Below are positions 26,595-38,181 of a DNA stretch of 64,000 nt, piece after piece. The stretch lies in contig CM052816.1 of the NCBI GenBank assembly GCA_028534125.1, positions 93,002,001 to 93,066,000 on the forward strand, read 5' to 3'. This stretch comes from Lama glama. Taxonomy: Eukaryota. A model generated the notes under the pieces. It made no database searches. It had not been told where the DNA came from and saw only the letters and a program-made list of their open reading frames with translations. The first letter of the stretch is position 1. Each line of letters opens with the position of its first letter. The position numbers and the translations under genes are program-made.

Positions 26595-26946
26595 AATGGA
26601 CTGAATATTTGTGTTTCCCCAAATTTGTTGAGACCGTAATCCCAATATAATACTATTAAAAGGTGGGGCTTTTGGGAGGTAATTAGGTCATGAAGGTGAA
26701 GCCCTCATAAATGGGGTTAGGGCCCTTATAAGAGGCCAGGGAGTTAGCTGGCTCTGTTTCTGCCATCTGAGGATACAATGAAAAGTCAGCTCCTTAACGT
26801 GGAAGAGAGCTCTCACCAGAACCAGACCATGCTGGCATCCTGATTTCAGACTTTCGGCCCCCAGAACTATGAGAAATAAATTTATCTTGTTTACAAGCTA
26901 CTCAGGCTACGATACTTCTTTACAGTAAAGCCAGCTGACTAAGACA
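26595..26946 (+). mobile_element. MaLR solo LTR (MLT1A0-like) nested in an older MLT1
   Basis: tggactgaatatttgtgtttcccc...taattaggtcatga...ccagaactatgagaAATAAA...gactaagaca. Confidence 0.8.
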
Positions 26947-27199
26947 GTCGTAATATAGTTGCTTACAACAGCTCCATCATGGTCACATTCCAGCAGTAAG
27001 AAAATGTGAAGGGGACAGCTGAATCTGTCTTTTTCATGAAGAAAGTAAAGGCATTCCCAGGAGTTCCAGTAGACTGCCGTTTATGGTTCATCAGCCAGAA
27101 CCATGTTACACATGTATTTAGTACCCCTTATGAACAGATGCGATCTTCTTCCCATGGAGATTTGGAGCTAGTCTTCCTAGAGCTTACAGTCCAGTAAAT

Positions 27200-27510
27200 C
27201 TGAACTGTTTTATACAGTAGCCACCAGCCATATGAACTGTTAAGCTTTTGAAATGCATCTGGTCTGATTTCGAATGTGCTGTTCCTGTAAAATATGCATA
27301 CAAATTTGAGGATATAGTACAATAAAAAATGTAAACTATCTCACGAATAAATATTTATACTGATAATAAATCAAAAATACTTTGGATCTATTGGGTTAAA
27401 TGAAACAATATTAAAATTAATTTCACCCGTTTCTTTTCACGTTTTAAAATGTGGCTTCTAGAAGCTATAAGCTGACACGTGGCAAATATTATAATTCTAA
27501 CAGGTAGTCC
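27200..27510. mobile_element. MER33-like hAT-Charlie transposon
   Basis: gtagccaccagccatatg...ttggatctattgggttaaat...attaaaattaatttcacccgtttctttt. Confidence 0.7.
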
Positions 27511-28043
27511 TAGTCCCAATGAGGAAGGACAGTTCGCAGACATGAAATATTTTTATTTTCCTTTGTAAATTTTTTTAGGGCAAAGTTCCTGGGAAGTTCA
27601 CACATGCCAATGCAGTTACTGTTCCGACAGGCGGACAGCATTTAGGACATTATCTTCGTCACCTCCAGGTTAAAACTCAAGGCTAGACACTTCCAGTAAG
27701 TTCTGCTCTGAAGGTATCTGACGAGGAAGCAATGAGAGGAACCAAAGTGTGAGTCAAGACTGTGGGAAGATGTGCAAATTAAATATTCTAAATCTCATTT
27801 TGAGTATTTTTTTCTCCTGAAGCTAGAAACATAATATTCCTCAAAGAAATTCCAAATAAGTGGACTTGGCTGATGCTAGAAGTAACATTTAGCTGAGAGC
27901 CAGCAGAAACTTGATGGAAAACAGCCAAGAAATACCATCTGCGGCTCGGTAGCCGAAAGCTCTGGATTTCCGCTCTCCGGCAGCCGGCTCCGATGTAAGT
28001 GGCTCCGGGCGCGCGGACGCGGAGAGGCGCTGGAGCGCGGTGA

Positions 28044-28103
28044 GCCGGCAGAGGGAGCCTGGTGCCGGCGGAGGGAGCCTGGTCCAGGCGGAGCGAAGCT
28101 CGT
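28044..28103 (+). repeat. 20-bp tandem repeat (two near-identical units plus one degenerate unit)
   Basis: GCCGGCAGAGGGAGCCTGGT / GCCGGCGGAGGGAGCCTGGT / CCAGGCGGAGCGAAGCTCGT. Confidence 0.85.
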
Positions 28104-28115
28104 CGCCATGGCAAC
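28102..28115. promoter_or_regulatory. RFX X-box motif
   Basis: GTCGCCATGGCAAC, a 13/14 match to the palindromic consensus GTTGCCATGGCAAC. Confidence 0.8.
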
Positions 28116-28137
28116 CGCGTGAGCCGCAAACAGCCGG

Positions 28138-28142
28138 ATTGG
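28138..28142 (-). promoter_or_regulatory. CCAAT box (NF-Y)
   Basis: GATTGGCC reads GGCCAATC on the minus strand, inside the CpG island. Confidence 0.6.
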
Positions 28143-28287
28143 CCGGGCGAGGAGCGGCCGGAGCCGACGCCGGGGAGCAGCGCGGGCCGGGACGGTGGCG
28201 TCGCCGGCGGGGCCCAGGACCGACCGGCCGGCCCCCACCGGTGGCGTGTCCCGCGGAGCTCCGGAGCGCAGCGCCATGGACAAGCCG
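28143..28287 (+). other. Candidate first exon (start approximate) ending gccATGGACAAGCCG|gtactg
   Basis: Downstream of X-box/CCAAT; ATG in strong Kozak context 12 nt before a GT donor of only moderate strength. Confidence 0.4.
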
Positions 28288-28340
28288 GTACTGTGCGCGC
28301 TCGGTCCGTGCGGCTCCCACGCCCGGCCCGCTCCGCCGCG

Positions 28341-28350
28341 GCGCATGCGC
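28341..28350. promoter_or_regulatory. NRF1 motif
   Basis: Perfect GCGCATGCGC palindrome. Confidence 0.7.
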
Positions 28351-29754
28351 GGCCTGCGAGCTGCCCCGAGCTCTGGGCTCCGCGGGGCCCCGCTCTGGCG
28401 GGGAGGGTCGGCTTCTGTTCCCGGCGTCAACTTCAGGGCATGGGGACTGAAAGCGCCTTCATGAACCTGTGGGGCTAGAGTCGCTGGTTTTTGAGTTTTG
28501 CATGTTTTTCTCGGGAGGTGGTGGTCAACCATGTCCACCAGCGCACTCGTAAAATGCCAAAGCATAGGTACAGGGACCTCCTTTCCCCTTTATCTTTCTT
28601 AAGAAAGGCCACTAGTCGTTGCGTCGTGGACCCAAGCGAACCATTGTCCCGTAGCGAGCATCAAATATATCCAGGTGTGGCGGAGGCTGCTTTTGTGTGA
28701 AGTTTGTTGGCTGTTACTAGCTCTCTTTAGCCCTTGCGTTTGGACAAAAGCAAATGTTTAGTTCCCTTGGACAGCGGGAGAGGGATGGTGAGCAGAGAAA
28801 GCCCCACTGGGCAGTTTCCTTGTGTCTTTTACATTTGCCTCAGCGCACAGCAGGTGAGAAATGGCTGGCAAGAACTCTGTGCATTTGAATCAGCTTTCAC
28901 TTCGTTTGGCTTTGCTCGCTCTCTCTTCAGTGAATATTATGGAGTGAAAAAAACCCAGATACTTTTTTTTTTGCATTTATCTTCAAAAGCAGTTGTATTT
29001 ATGCATGTTTTCATTTACACTATCTACAGCTATATTACCATAGGAATCTATTATGCTAACCACTAAAATATGCATCCTGTCATAATTTAATAAAATGTAA
29101 ATTTATACTTATTTAGTTGAAAGTAATGCATATAGTTTATGTGTGTAATACTTCAACATTTTCCTCCCCTCTGAAGTTACTTACCCTGCACGAAATTACC
29201 TTTTTTATTCTTTTGAGCATCTTGCTGTGGTAATCTCATATTAATGTTCTTATTTTCATGTAACTTATATGTCATAAATACTTGGAGTTTCCAGTACATT
29301 TACTTTGTGTTTCATTAAGACAAATACTTATTTGCTCATTTTAGTCTTTCTAGTGATTCTTTTACCCATTTTCTGCCCGGGAACATAGAGACCCTGAAAT
29401 GACAGATGGCTTTGCTATAGCTAATACCAATAAACCAATGACTTTTTTGTATATCTTAATTTAAAATCTATGTATTATGTAATCTTACATAAATTTATCA
29501 AGTTTACCTTGTAAGGGTATAAAACATGGCTATTAACCTTATACCATATTCTTATTAATTATGCTCACTTTAAGATTGAAGAAAGTAGGCCACTAAAGCA
29601 GTACTCCAGTTCTGTAAAAATAAAAAAGGTATGTAAGTATGTATAGAAAACAGAACAAAAGGACATATACCAAAATATTGATACTGTTTATCTCTGAGTG
29701 GTGACGTTAAAGATTTTAGTTTTCTTTTTTTTCTTTATTGAAAAATTTTCGTAA

Positions 29755-29890
29755 TGAATATACATAAGATAAATCTATAAATATTTATATATTTAAATAT
29801 AAATTATATATTTAAATTATATAGTTAAGTAAAATACACATTGTTATATATAATTATTAATTTATAATTATAAATTATATATATATATTC
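29755..29890. repeat. AT-rich low-complexity / (TA)n tract
   Basis: Direct reading. Confidence 0.85.
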
Positions 29891-29983
29891 AGAAAAATTA
29901 TAAAGAATAATGCTCTCTAAATGTTTTCACAACTTACTTTTTGTAAGACAAACAGCATCCTTTGGTAAATATTTTCTTTTCAG

Positions 29984-30087
29984 TGCATACATGGGTCACT
30001 TACTTGTAAACACTATTTTGCAACTTATGCTCTCTCCCCTGGCTGCGTGAACATCCCCTCTTTTACATAAATTGGAACTAGAAGGTG
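29984..30087 (+). other. Candidate 104-nt cassette exon (likely non-coding)
   Basis: Acceptor attttcttttcag| and donor GTG|GTAAGT. Confidence 0.3.
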
Positions 30088-30273
30088 GTAAGTGAGCATG
30101 CCCAGATCGATGGGAAGAGCAGTAAGAATGAGACACTGTTGGGGCTCAGTACTGTTTTCCACAGGGGATTGTTTTCCTAGCCCTCATCAGTGGCGGTTTA
30201 TTGCCCCTAATCCAAGGCTGATGTGGAAGGGATTTTAGCGGCCATAGTAATTTATCATCAATGCTGCAGATAC

Positions 30274-30893
30274 TGTTACTGAACTGAAACTTGGGTCTGC
30301 CCACCCACTACATAGCAAAACCAATCTACTGACACTGGGCTGTGGTGAAGGAAAGTACAGCATTCATTCGCAGAGCACCAAGCAAGTAGAACGGGCAGCT
30401 CATGCTCAAAAGACCTGGACTCCCGATGGCTTTCAGGGAAGGGTTTTTAAAGGCAGCGTTTAGGGTGAAGACTGCAGCTCGTGGACTTGCTTCTGATTGG
30501 TTGGTGGAGAGGTAATGGTGCTGTTTCTTGGGAATCTTAATCATCAACCTTCTGGTTCCAAACTGTTGAGGGTAAGTGCTTGTGATCAGCGTGTAGTCAG
30601 CATCCTCCACCTGGGTGGGGGTCTTAGTTCCTGCAGAACAGCTCAAAGCTATGTGTCAGATGGTTATGCATATCCCTTGAGGAGGAACAGGACTCTGTTT
30701 AACTTATCATTACTTTTCTTGCTTGGCTTCTTTTCCTCTGTTTCTGTATTTCTTTGCTTCCCTGATTAGTAACTATTTAAGTCTGCTCTTTGAAACTCAG
30801 GGAAGTCCTAAAACCTTTTCTAGAAACAAGAGAGGGGAGACAAGGAGGGGCTTTTGTACCCCAGAGGGTCCTACAAGGTTCTACTCAGTTTCA
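30274..30893 (-). mobile_element. ERV1-type solo LTR (620 bp)
   Basis: TG...CA ends, near-TSD ATAC/ATAT, and minus-strand CCAAT and TTTAAAAA boxes. Confidence 0.85.
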
Positions 30894-31675
30894 ATATGGA
30901 TTTCTGCAGTTACATTATTTAGGGAAAACAGAAACAAGTGGACACTGAAGCATATAAGTTGTTACAGCTGGGGAATGTGACTGCAGAGCTTTCAGTTCCC
31001 TGGGGAGGGAAGAGGACCCTCCCCCCCCCCCCGCCCCCTGCCCTTCTCCCTTGCCTGAGGCTAGTGTGGCGTTAGAACAAGGCTGCTGTGAATATGGCTA
31101 TTTCGAGGAATTGGTTCCTGCTGCCTGAGAAATGTCAGGAGGAAGTGTACCTGTTATGTTTTCTTCTTTAGTCACGCTAAGCTCTTTCCTGGCACCGAGC
31201 CCCCTGGCTGTTTATTTACACCTCTCTGCTGTTTGCATTTGGCTTTACTCCTTGTAGCCTTTACTTTTGACAAACAGACAAAAAGAGGGTGGAACAACTG
31301 CTCACTTATGACTTTGTTTATGAACAAAAACCAATAGCTTCAACTCAAGAGTAAGTTGCCTACCAGGGATATGTGGGTTTCCCAGGGTATTGAATGGCAC
31401 TGCTGGCAGGAGTTCAGCATTCAAGACCTGGATCAGTGTGTCCCTTCCCCTCAGGGCCAGGTCCACCGCGTGGCCAGGTCTCACATGTGGTTTATTGGTT
31501 GGGATGTGAATGAACACTTTCTGTATCAAATCCTCTCTAGAGAAAATGCTTCAAGAGTGAGGCTGAGGTAGGAAAGATGGAATTGGAGGATACTTGAGCA
31601 GTTCAGTTCAATTCAAAAAAACACTTATTTAAAACACCTACTTTGTTTAGTGGTGGAAGTGCTCTGGGGAATATG

Positions 31676-31840
31676 ACCCTTTCTTTTCTTTCTCCATCTT
31701 TCTTTCCCTCTCTCCCCCTCCCTTCTTCCCTCCTTCCCTCTGTTCTCTCTTCATTCCTCTTTTTCTTCCTCCTCCCTCATTTCTGCCTCCTTCCCCCCTC
31801 TCGTTCCTCTTTTTCTCCCTCCCTCCTTTCCTTTCCTCCT
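31676..31840. repeat. Polypyrimidine (CT-rich) low-complexity tract
   Basis: Direct reading. Confidence 0.85.
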
Positions 31841-31921
31841 ACAATATATATCGCATGCTTTCTGGCAGACCCTTTTCTCAAATTCCCCTTTATGATTTTC
31901 AGGTTCCCCCTACACTCACTA

Positions 31922-32547
31922 TGTTCCTGAGCCAAACTTGGGTCCGCTTGCCTGCACGCAGTAAAGCCAATCTACTGCCCCTGGGTTGTCGTGAGGGAAA
32001 GTGCAGCGTTTATTGCAGGGCACCAAGCTATGAGTCCAGATCGCTAGTGCTTAAAAGGCCTGAACTCCCTGAAGGCTTTTAGGGGAAGATTTTTAAAGAC
32101 GGGGTGAGGGAGGGGGGCTGTAGGGTGTGTGACCATTCGTGGATATTCTGATTGGTTCGTGGTGAGGTCATCAGGAGTCAACACCATCAGCCTCCTGGTT
32201 CCACCTGGTCGGGGGTCTCTGTGCTTATGGTCGGCGTACAGTTAACTTTTTCCACCTAGTGAGGGTTTTGGTATCTGCAAAACAGCTCAAAGCGTATGGC
32301 TTAGAATATTATCTATAGCCCTTGAGGAGGAACTAAAGGTCCTTGACTTTGTTTAATGGCTAAACTATTATTTTATTTTACTTGGCTATTTTCTCTTCTG
32401 CATTTTCTCACTTCTCTGATTAAATTGACTCTTTGGAACTCTTTAGGAAGCTAAAGTTTTTCTACAAACAAGAGGTAGGTGGAGGACATGGCGGTGGGTT
32501 GCAGGGGTCTGTTCTGGGAAAGTCCCATAGGGACCTGCATAGTTACA
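31922..32547 (-). mobile_element. ERV1-type solo LTR (626 bp), related to 30274-30893
   Basis: TG...CA ends, near-TSD ACTA/ACCA, minus-strand AATAAA (~32010), CCAAT and TATA-like box. Confidence 0.85.
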
Positions 32548-33419
32548 ACCACACAATTAATGATTGTTCTCCTCTTTTCTTTGGGGACCAAATGAGATCA
32601 ATAAATTGTGACCACTGCCTACTGTTTTTGAGCAACTTGGGTAAGTAACTTGGGCGTGTCTTGCCAGAGGTGGATTGTACATATTCAGAAAGGAGAGAGA
32701 ACACGTGATGTTTATCAGATTCCTGAGGAAGTTTAGGTCCGCCCTGGGTTTATGCTATTATTTTAGGAAGTTGATTTAAAGAAAGCCTGCCACTGTACCT
32801 ACCCCAGCTGGGCTAGAAGAGTTATGATCGGATCCCATGGCCAATATTTTTGCCCCCAGGGAGATAATACGAAGAGTCAGAATGTCCGTCTTGCTTGAAG
32901 CAGCCTCCAGGTTGAGCCAACAAGCCTGGGCTGTGGGATGGGGGCAAAGCCCCCTGTGCCCATCCGCAAGGGAGAGGTCGTGGACTTCCTTTGATTGCTT
33001 GAACATTGGAAAAAATGAAACATCTTACTCTTGGAGGGCTGAAAGCTGTGTGAACCACTTCTGAACATTGTTTAGCTTACTGGGGGTAAAGAATAAAAGA
33101 ACTTATGATGCACTGGTGTCCTGAAGTACCCGTGTTATTGTTCATTAAAGAAGTAAAGCAAGGCCTTGCCCAGAGGGAGGAATCATCACTGACTCTGGCA
33201 GCTTTCCCAAAAGAGAGTTAACTAAGTGTCAGGGACCATGTTGGGAACTCAGCCGACTTAGCAGGAAGATGGTTGTTACCATTCAGATAAGGAACAGCTG
33301 GGCCAGGAGAAACCTTCACCTAGATTTGACATCCCTATTTCACAAAAAATGATGTTTAGACAGGCATTAAGCAGCAATATTAGCTGCACTTCCTTTCTAA
33401 TGAGAGAGGAAGTTCTGGA

Positions 33420-34078
33420 ATGTGGGAGGTTATCACGGCTGCACATCAGATCACTCCCAAACTTAGTGGCTTAAAAGAACAGCAATCACTGTATTATCTC
33501 TTCCAGTTTCTGTGCATCAGGAAGCCAGGAACAGGCTCAGCTGGTGATTCTGGCTTGAGGGTCTCCTCTGTGGCTTGAGGGGCCGGAGTAGCTGAGGCCG
33601 GACGGGCATCTCTCTCTCTTTCTGTGTCGCAGATCAGACACAGCCGGTCTGAGATGTGACTCCACGTGGTTGGTCTCTCCGAATGGGCTTCCTCACAGCA
33701 AAGTGGCCTCAGGACAGTTGGCTGCTTTCACGGTGGTAGAAAGCTTGTGAGAAGGAGTATTCCGGAACACAAGGCAGAACCAGCATCACGTTTATGACCT
33801 AAACACAGAAGTTACCTCTGCTGTGCTCTGCTCGTCAAACAGTCACGACTTCTTCCCTTCTCATTTTGAGGGAGGAGACCCCACCACTCAATGGGAAGAA
33901 TGCCCACCTTGCATAAGAACACCAGCTTTATTGGACTAGGGACCATCCCAATGATGTCATCTTAACTTGGTTCAGTTTGCAAGGAATCTATACCCAAATA
34001 AGGTCATGTCCTGAGGTATTGGGGGGGGGTTAGGTCTTCAACATGTCTTTTTTGAGGGGGGCACAATTCAACTTAAAG
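33420..34078 (-). mobile_element. MaLR LTR(s) (MLT1 family, composite)
   Basis: cccaaacttagtggcttaaaagaacagcaatc...ccaaataaggtca...gggggcacaattcaac. Confidence 0.7.
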
Positions 34079-34480
34079 CAGTGATAAAATGCATCAATCT
34101 ATTGGTAATTTCCCTCTTAGTATGAATTCTTATTCTTTAAAATTTATAGTTTTAAATTTAAAAAGTAGTTAATGATCATGGGAAAAAAAGGAAAAAAAAA
34201 CAACCCTTGAATAACATAAAAGAGTGTACAGTTCAAAGCGTGTCTTTATCCCAGCCCTGCTTACTCGTTTCCTCCCTGGGAGCAATCATGTCAGTAGTAT
34301 TTTGGATGTCCTCTGAGAAACTTCTTTGCACTTCAGTGTTTTCATCTATAAGATGGAAATATTACTTTCCTCACAAAGTGATGGTTAGGATGAAATGAGC
34401 TAGTGGATGTGAAATACAGTGTGAGAGAAGGCACCTACTTAACAGGTGTCATTCATGTTCCCCACGCAGAGAGGATGGTC

Positions 34481-35612
34481 TAGGGGTGGCTCCCAGTGAA
34501 ACTAATGAAGATTAGGTTCCAGGTCCTCTACTTTCACGGGACGGGCCAAGCAATGAACTCAATGGATGTGTGTGTTTGTACAATTGGCAGAAGTGAGGTA
34601 TCTTAAGGGCAGTGGGTGAAGAATCGTGTCTGTCTCTTTCCACTTTAACTTCACCTTCATTAAGTTCCCCTGTTCTTGGGTTGAGTTGGAATGGCCACAG
34701 GCATTTTTAAGATCCAGCTCAGGGGAAGCTGAGTGGAGAAGACATTTCCTATGGGGTTTGGGGTTATGTTAAAGTGATGGCACCGATACATTTTGCTGTG
34801 TGTCTCCAGTACAGTCATTCCTCTTGCTAAGTCAGGACCTAAAGGTCCAGGGCTGAGGTCACATGAATGTGAAAGTGTTCTGTGGTGCCCAGCATGGAAG
34901 GATGTGGTCCATGGAGTAGAGACTAGGTTTGAAATGGATGAGCCAGAAGCTAGTCTAGGGAAACACTTTTAATGATCAAAAGTGCCCACAGTGGAGAGGA
35001 TTTGGTTCTCATCCGTGTACACGCAAAAATGTACATTCTGTTCTGTCATGACTGCTCCTGATAATGTAATAATGCAAGTATAAACACACTATACATTTTT
35101 TCTTTTATGATGGGAATTGTGCAAAATAGAAGTGATCAAAACCCCATGTTGGTAGGGTATATATCTGTAAACTGTACTGTAAATAGCATTTGTTTGGGAA
35201 CTTACATGTTTGGAGCATCCCACCTCTCCATAATAAAAGACAAATTTCTATCAACCCTCCTGGTGGAAGGGTTAGATTATCTTTGTCTTCGCTCTATGGA
35301 AAATACTGCAAAGTTGTATAAGAGGAGACAGAAAGTTTGCAGCCAAAACCGCAGGTACATTTCTGTGTATGCGTATCTATTTGACATAGAAGTCTTCCAG
35401 GAAGTTAATACAAATATTCTGTTATTTATTTCCTGGCTTTTGTGTTGCCAGCTTTTAAAAAAATTGTAATTTTTTTTCTATTTTGTTTTTTCTTTCTAGT
35501 TAAATATTCACTTTAAAGCCTAACTTTGTGTCTATAATTCTGTATTTTATTTCTTAATGTGGGGCTCCCGATTTGCATAAACCTCAGACCCACTTAATCA
35601 AGATCCACCCCC
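34481..35612. mobile_element. hAT-Tip100 family DNA transposon (Arthur1-like)
   Basis: Terminal inverted repeats AGGGGTGG.../...GATCCACCCC and subterminal gtgaaactaatgaagatta; AT-rich interior. Confidence 0.55.
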
Positions 35613-38181
35613 ACCATTGGCTTAAGTAAGTGCTTTTGTGGGTGGCTTGGGAGATCTTGGCTCTGGAAGGATGGGAGGGGAGAAGGAGAAAGGGGGTGGA
35701 AGGAAGGAAGGAAGAAAGGAACCAGCGGCTAATTTTGCCTTCAGCACGATTTTCCCTCTGGCTGGCTTTGGTAGGAGATGCTCTACAAGGCGATGTGTGA
35801 GACTTGAAAGAGACCGAAGGTATGGCTCTTTGTCCTCAAAAAGATTTAACCATCTCATTGGGAAGACCAGCGTGTCAAATGCTGCTGAAAATCCTAGACA
35901 AGTTAAAATGAAAACCGACTCAGTACAAAATGCAGGTGCCTATTGTGGCCTGAACAGTATAGGGGGGTCAATGGGGGGCAAAGCCTCAAATTGGCCTCCA
36001 TCAGCCACTTGCAGTCTTGTCTGATGATGAGCTTGTGTCTGGGAGCTCCTGGAACGTGGTCAGCCTGGCTACATCGTTCCAAGTTTGCTGCCACTCATGG
36101 TGATGGACAGATGCTGCTGAAGATGGATTGTGGCCGTGAACTCGCACAGCAGTTCCAAGTGAACCTAAGGAGGCGAGCAGCTAGCCACACAGAAGGAAGA
36201 GATGTTACAGGCAAATGTGGTAATGGCAGCAAACAGACGGATTAGGTGAGCAGCAGTCTGGGAACAAAGAGGCAGAGCTGAGCAAAGAGCTCTCAAGTTG
36301 AGGTCCTTCCTCTTATGCCTCCTTTTCCATCGAAGCCTGTAAGTGGAGAGGACTGAGCCCTATGGTGGCTCCTTTATAGTAAAAACGCAGAAGAACGGTT
36401 AACCTATTTTCCACGTCACAGTGGGCTTTGATTATACGTAGCTGTTGTGTCTGGGGTTAGGTATCTTTTCACACTTGTGATGTGGAATGAGTCATCTTAC
36501 AACAGGATTCTACTCTGCCGTCTTTGTTTATGGTGTGACTATTTCGCTGAAGCGTCTTACAGTGATGATTTTAAAGGTCTGCATTTCTTTAATGTCTCTT
36601 ACTGTTTCAGCCATTATAGAATTGATGATAGTAGTTTTCCAGGAAGGTCAGTGTACATAATTAATTATATCAATGGCAGAATTCCTTTTGAGTGAGGAAG
36701 TTGTCTTTGGGAAAAGCAAACAAACTCCTGTTAAGTCACTAGAGATCGGAGAAGAGATCTGCGGGCAAAGTCAGAACAACCCAGGAGAATAGCTTACAGC
36801 AAGTTCACTGGGTGGGTAAGGGGTGGCGGAGAGATGGATGACCTAGGCAGCAAGGCTGGGGGATGCCTGGAGATGGAAGCTGGGACAAGTGTGGTGGTAC
36901 AGTCGTGGTGGGACACCCCCCCCCCCCGCAGGCGAGGGATGAGCAGGGAGCCCGAGAGTGGGGATGCCTGCCGTTCATTTGGAAACTGTATTCCCCCTTT
37001 TGCTCTGAGGGGTCCATTGTATTCACACGCTACTTCATTGTTTCCTAGAATTTGAGCAATGGGCTATGTGGTACACGTGGACCCCCAGAGGAAGAAGTCA
37101 GAACTGGAGGTGACCTTGAGCCTTTCAGCCCCTTGAGGGTCTAGTGAAGTCTTGGAAAGGCATGGAGTGGGTGCTTGGGCCAGATTCTTCTAGCCTCTAG
37201 AGGCTAGTGCATCATAGTCTCTCCGGGTATCCCGCTGCCCCGGGGTGTGACTGTAAATTAGTGAAGCTGATTCTAGAACCGCCCATGAAGCAGGTTTCTT
37301 CTGTGGCCATGCTTAAGATTTTCAAACCTTTTTTGAGGATGATAGTATTCACTTTTCCTATGTCCTTATGCTATTAGCGGAAACATCGATGTCTGTGTGT
37401 ATCTAGCACCATGCTGAGTGTACTAGGCAATTAAAAAGTTTTATTAACTGAATAGTCTTTTCATGAGACCAAATTCTATGTAATCTCTATTTCATTCCCT
37501 TTACAGTTGATCATAGAATGGGTGGAATATTTGATTTTCTTTTTGCCAAGAAAATTAATCTCGGAATTCTCGGGTATTCAGTACCCCCTTCCCAGAAGGG
37601 CTTGTGGAAACCTAGAAACTTAAAAATGAGAACTGCCTCGTAGTCACCTCACTTACCTTGAAAATATGTCCCACCTGCTTAAAGAGGACATTCAGAGAGC
37701 GGAAGAAAAACACAGGGTATTTAACTTCTTTTGGAATTGTTGTAGCATCTGCATCGTGGTTATATTTGTTCATTAACTTCATAATGACTTTGAGACCTAA
37801 TTGTATCTTTGTTAGAATTCTAGATGCTCCATTTTAAAGCTAAGCACGTGTACGCCGGCACCACTAAGGGAAAAATTGGGTGCCCATTGGCTCTTCATGG
37901 AGGACATTGATCAGACCCCGTGCCTGTGACTTCTTGTTGCTCTTTCATTGGCTTACATGTGCTTTAAGAGTGTTAATGAGTAACAGAAATAGACTTCCAC
38001 TTCTCAAAAAAAGAGCTTTGGTATTTCTGGGATAATGAAGGCATCTGAAGACGGAATCGGGTCGTTATCCAGTGGCCTCCGTAGTGATAGTTGGTTTAGG
38101 AGAGGCTAAGTTTCACCCTGGGAGTTTTAGTTATGTTTCAGAAACTGTATGTCAGTATATGCCCAGTGAGCTAATATTTTA

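Larger units (their letters stand above)
27935..28700 (+). promoter_or_regulatory. CpG-island promoter of an unidentified gene, probably + strand
   Basis: Very high GC and CpG density at 27940-28470 against an AT-rich background; contains X-box, CCAAT and NRF1 motifs and + strand GT donors at 27995, 28040, 28119 and 28288. Confidence 0.9.

Noticed and set aside
27788..28565. Overlapping 89-229 aa ORFs on both strands
   Set aside because: Ala/Arg/Pro/Gly-rich frames are expected from stop-codon scarcity in a CpG island; no recognisable domain.
30274..32547. Possible provirus (LTR-internal-LTR)
   Set aside because: The LTRs are visibly diverged with separate near-TSDs, and no PBS or gag/pol remnant is recognisable between them.
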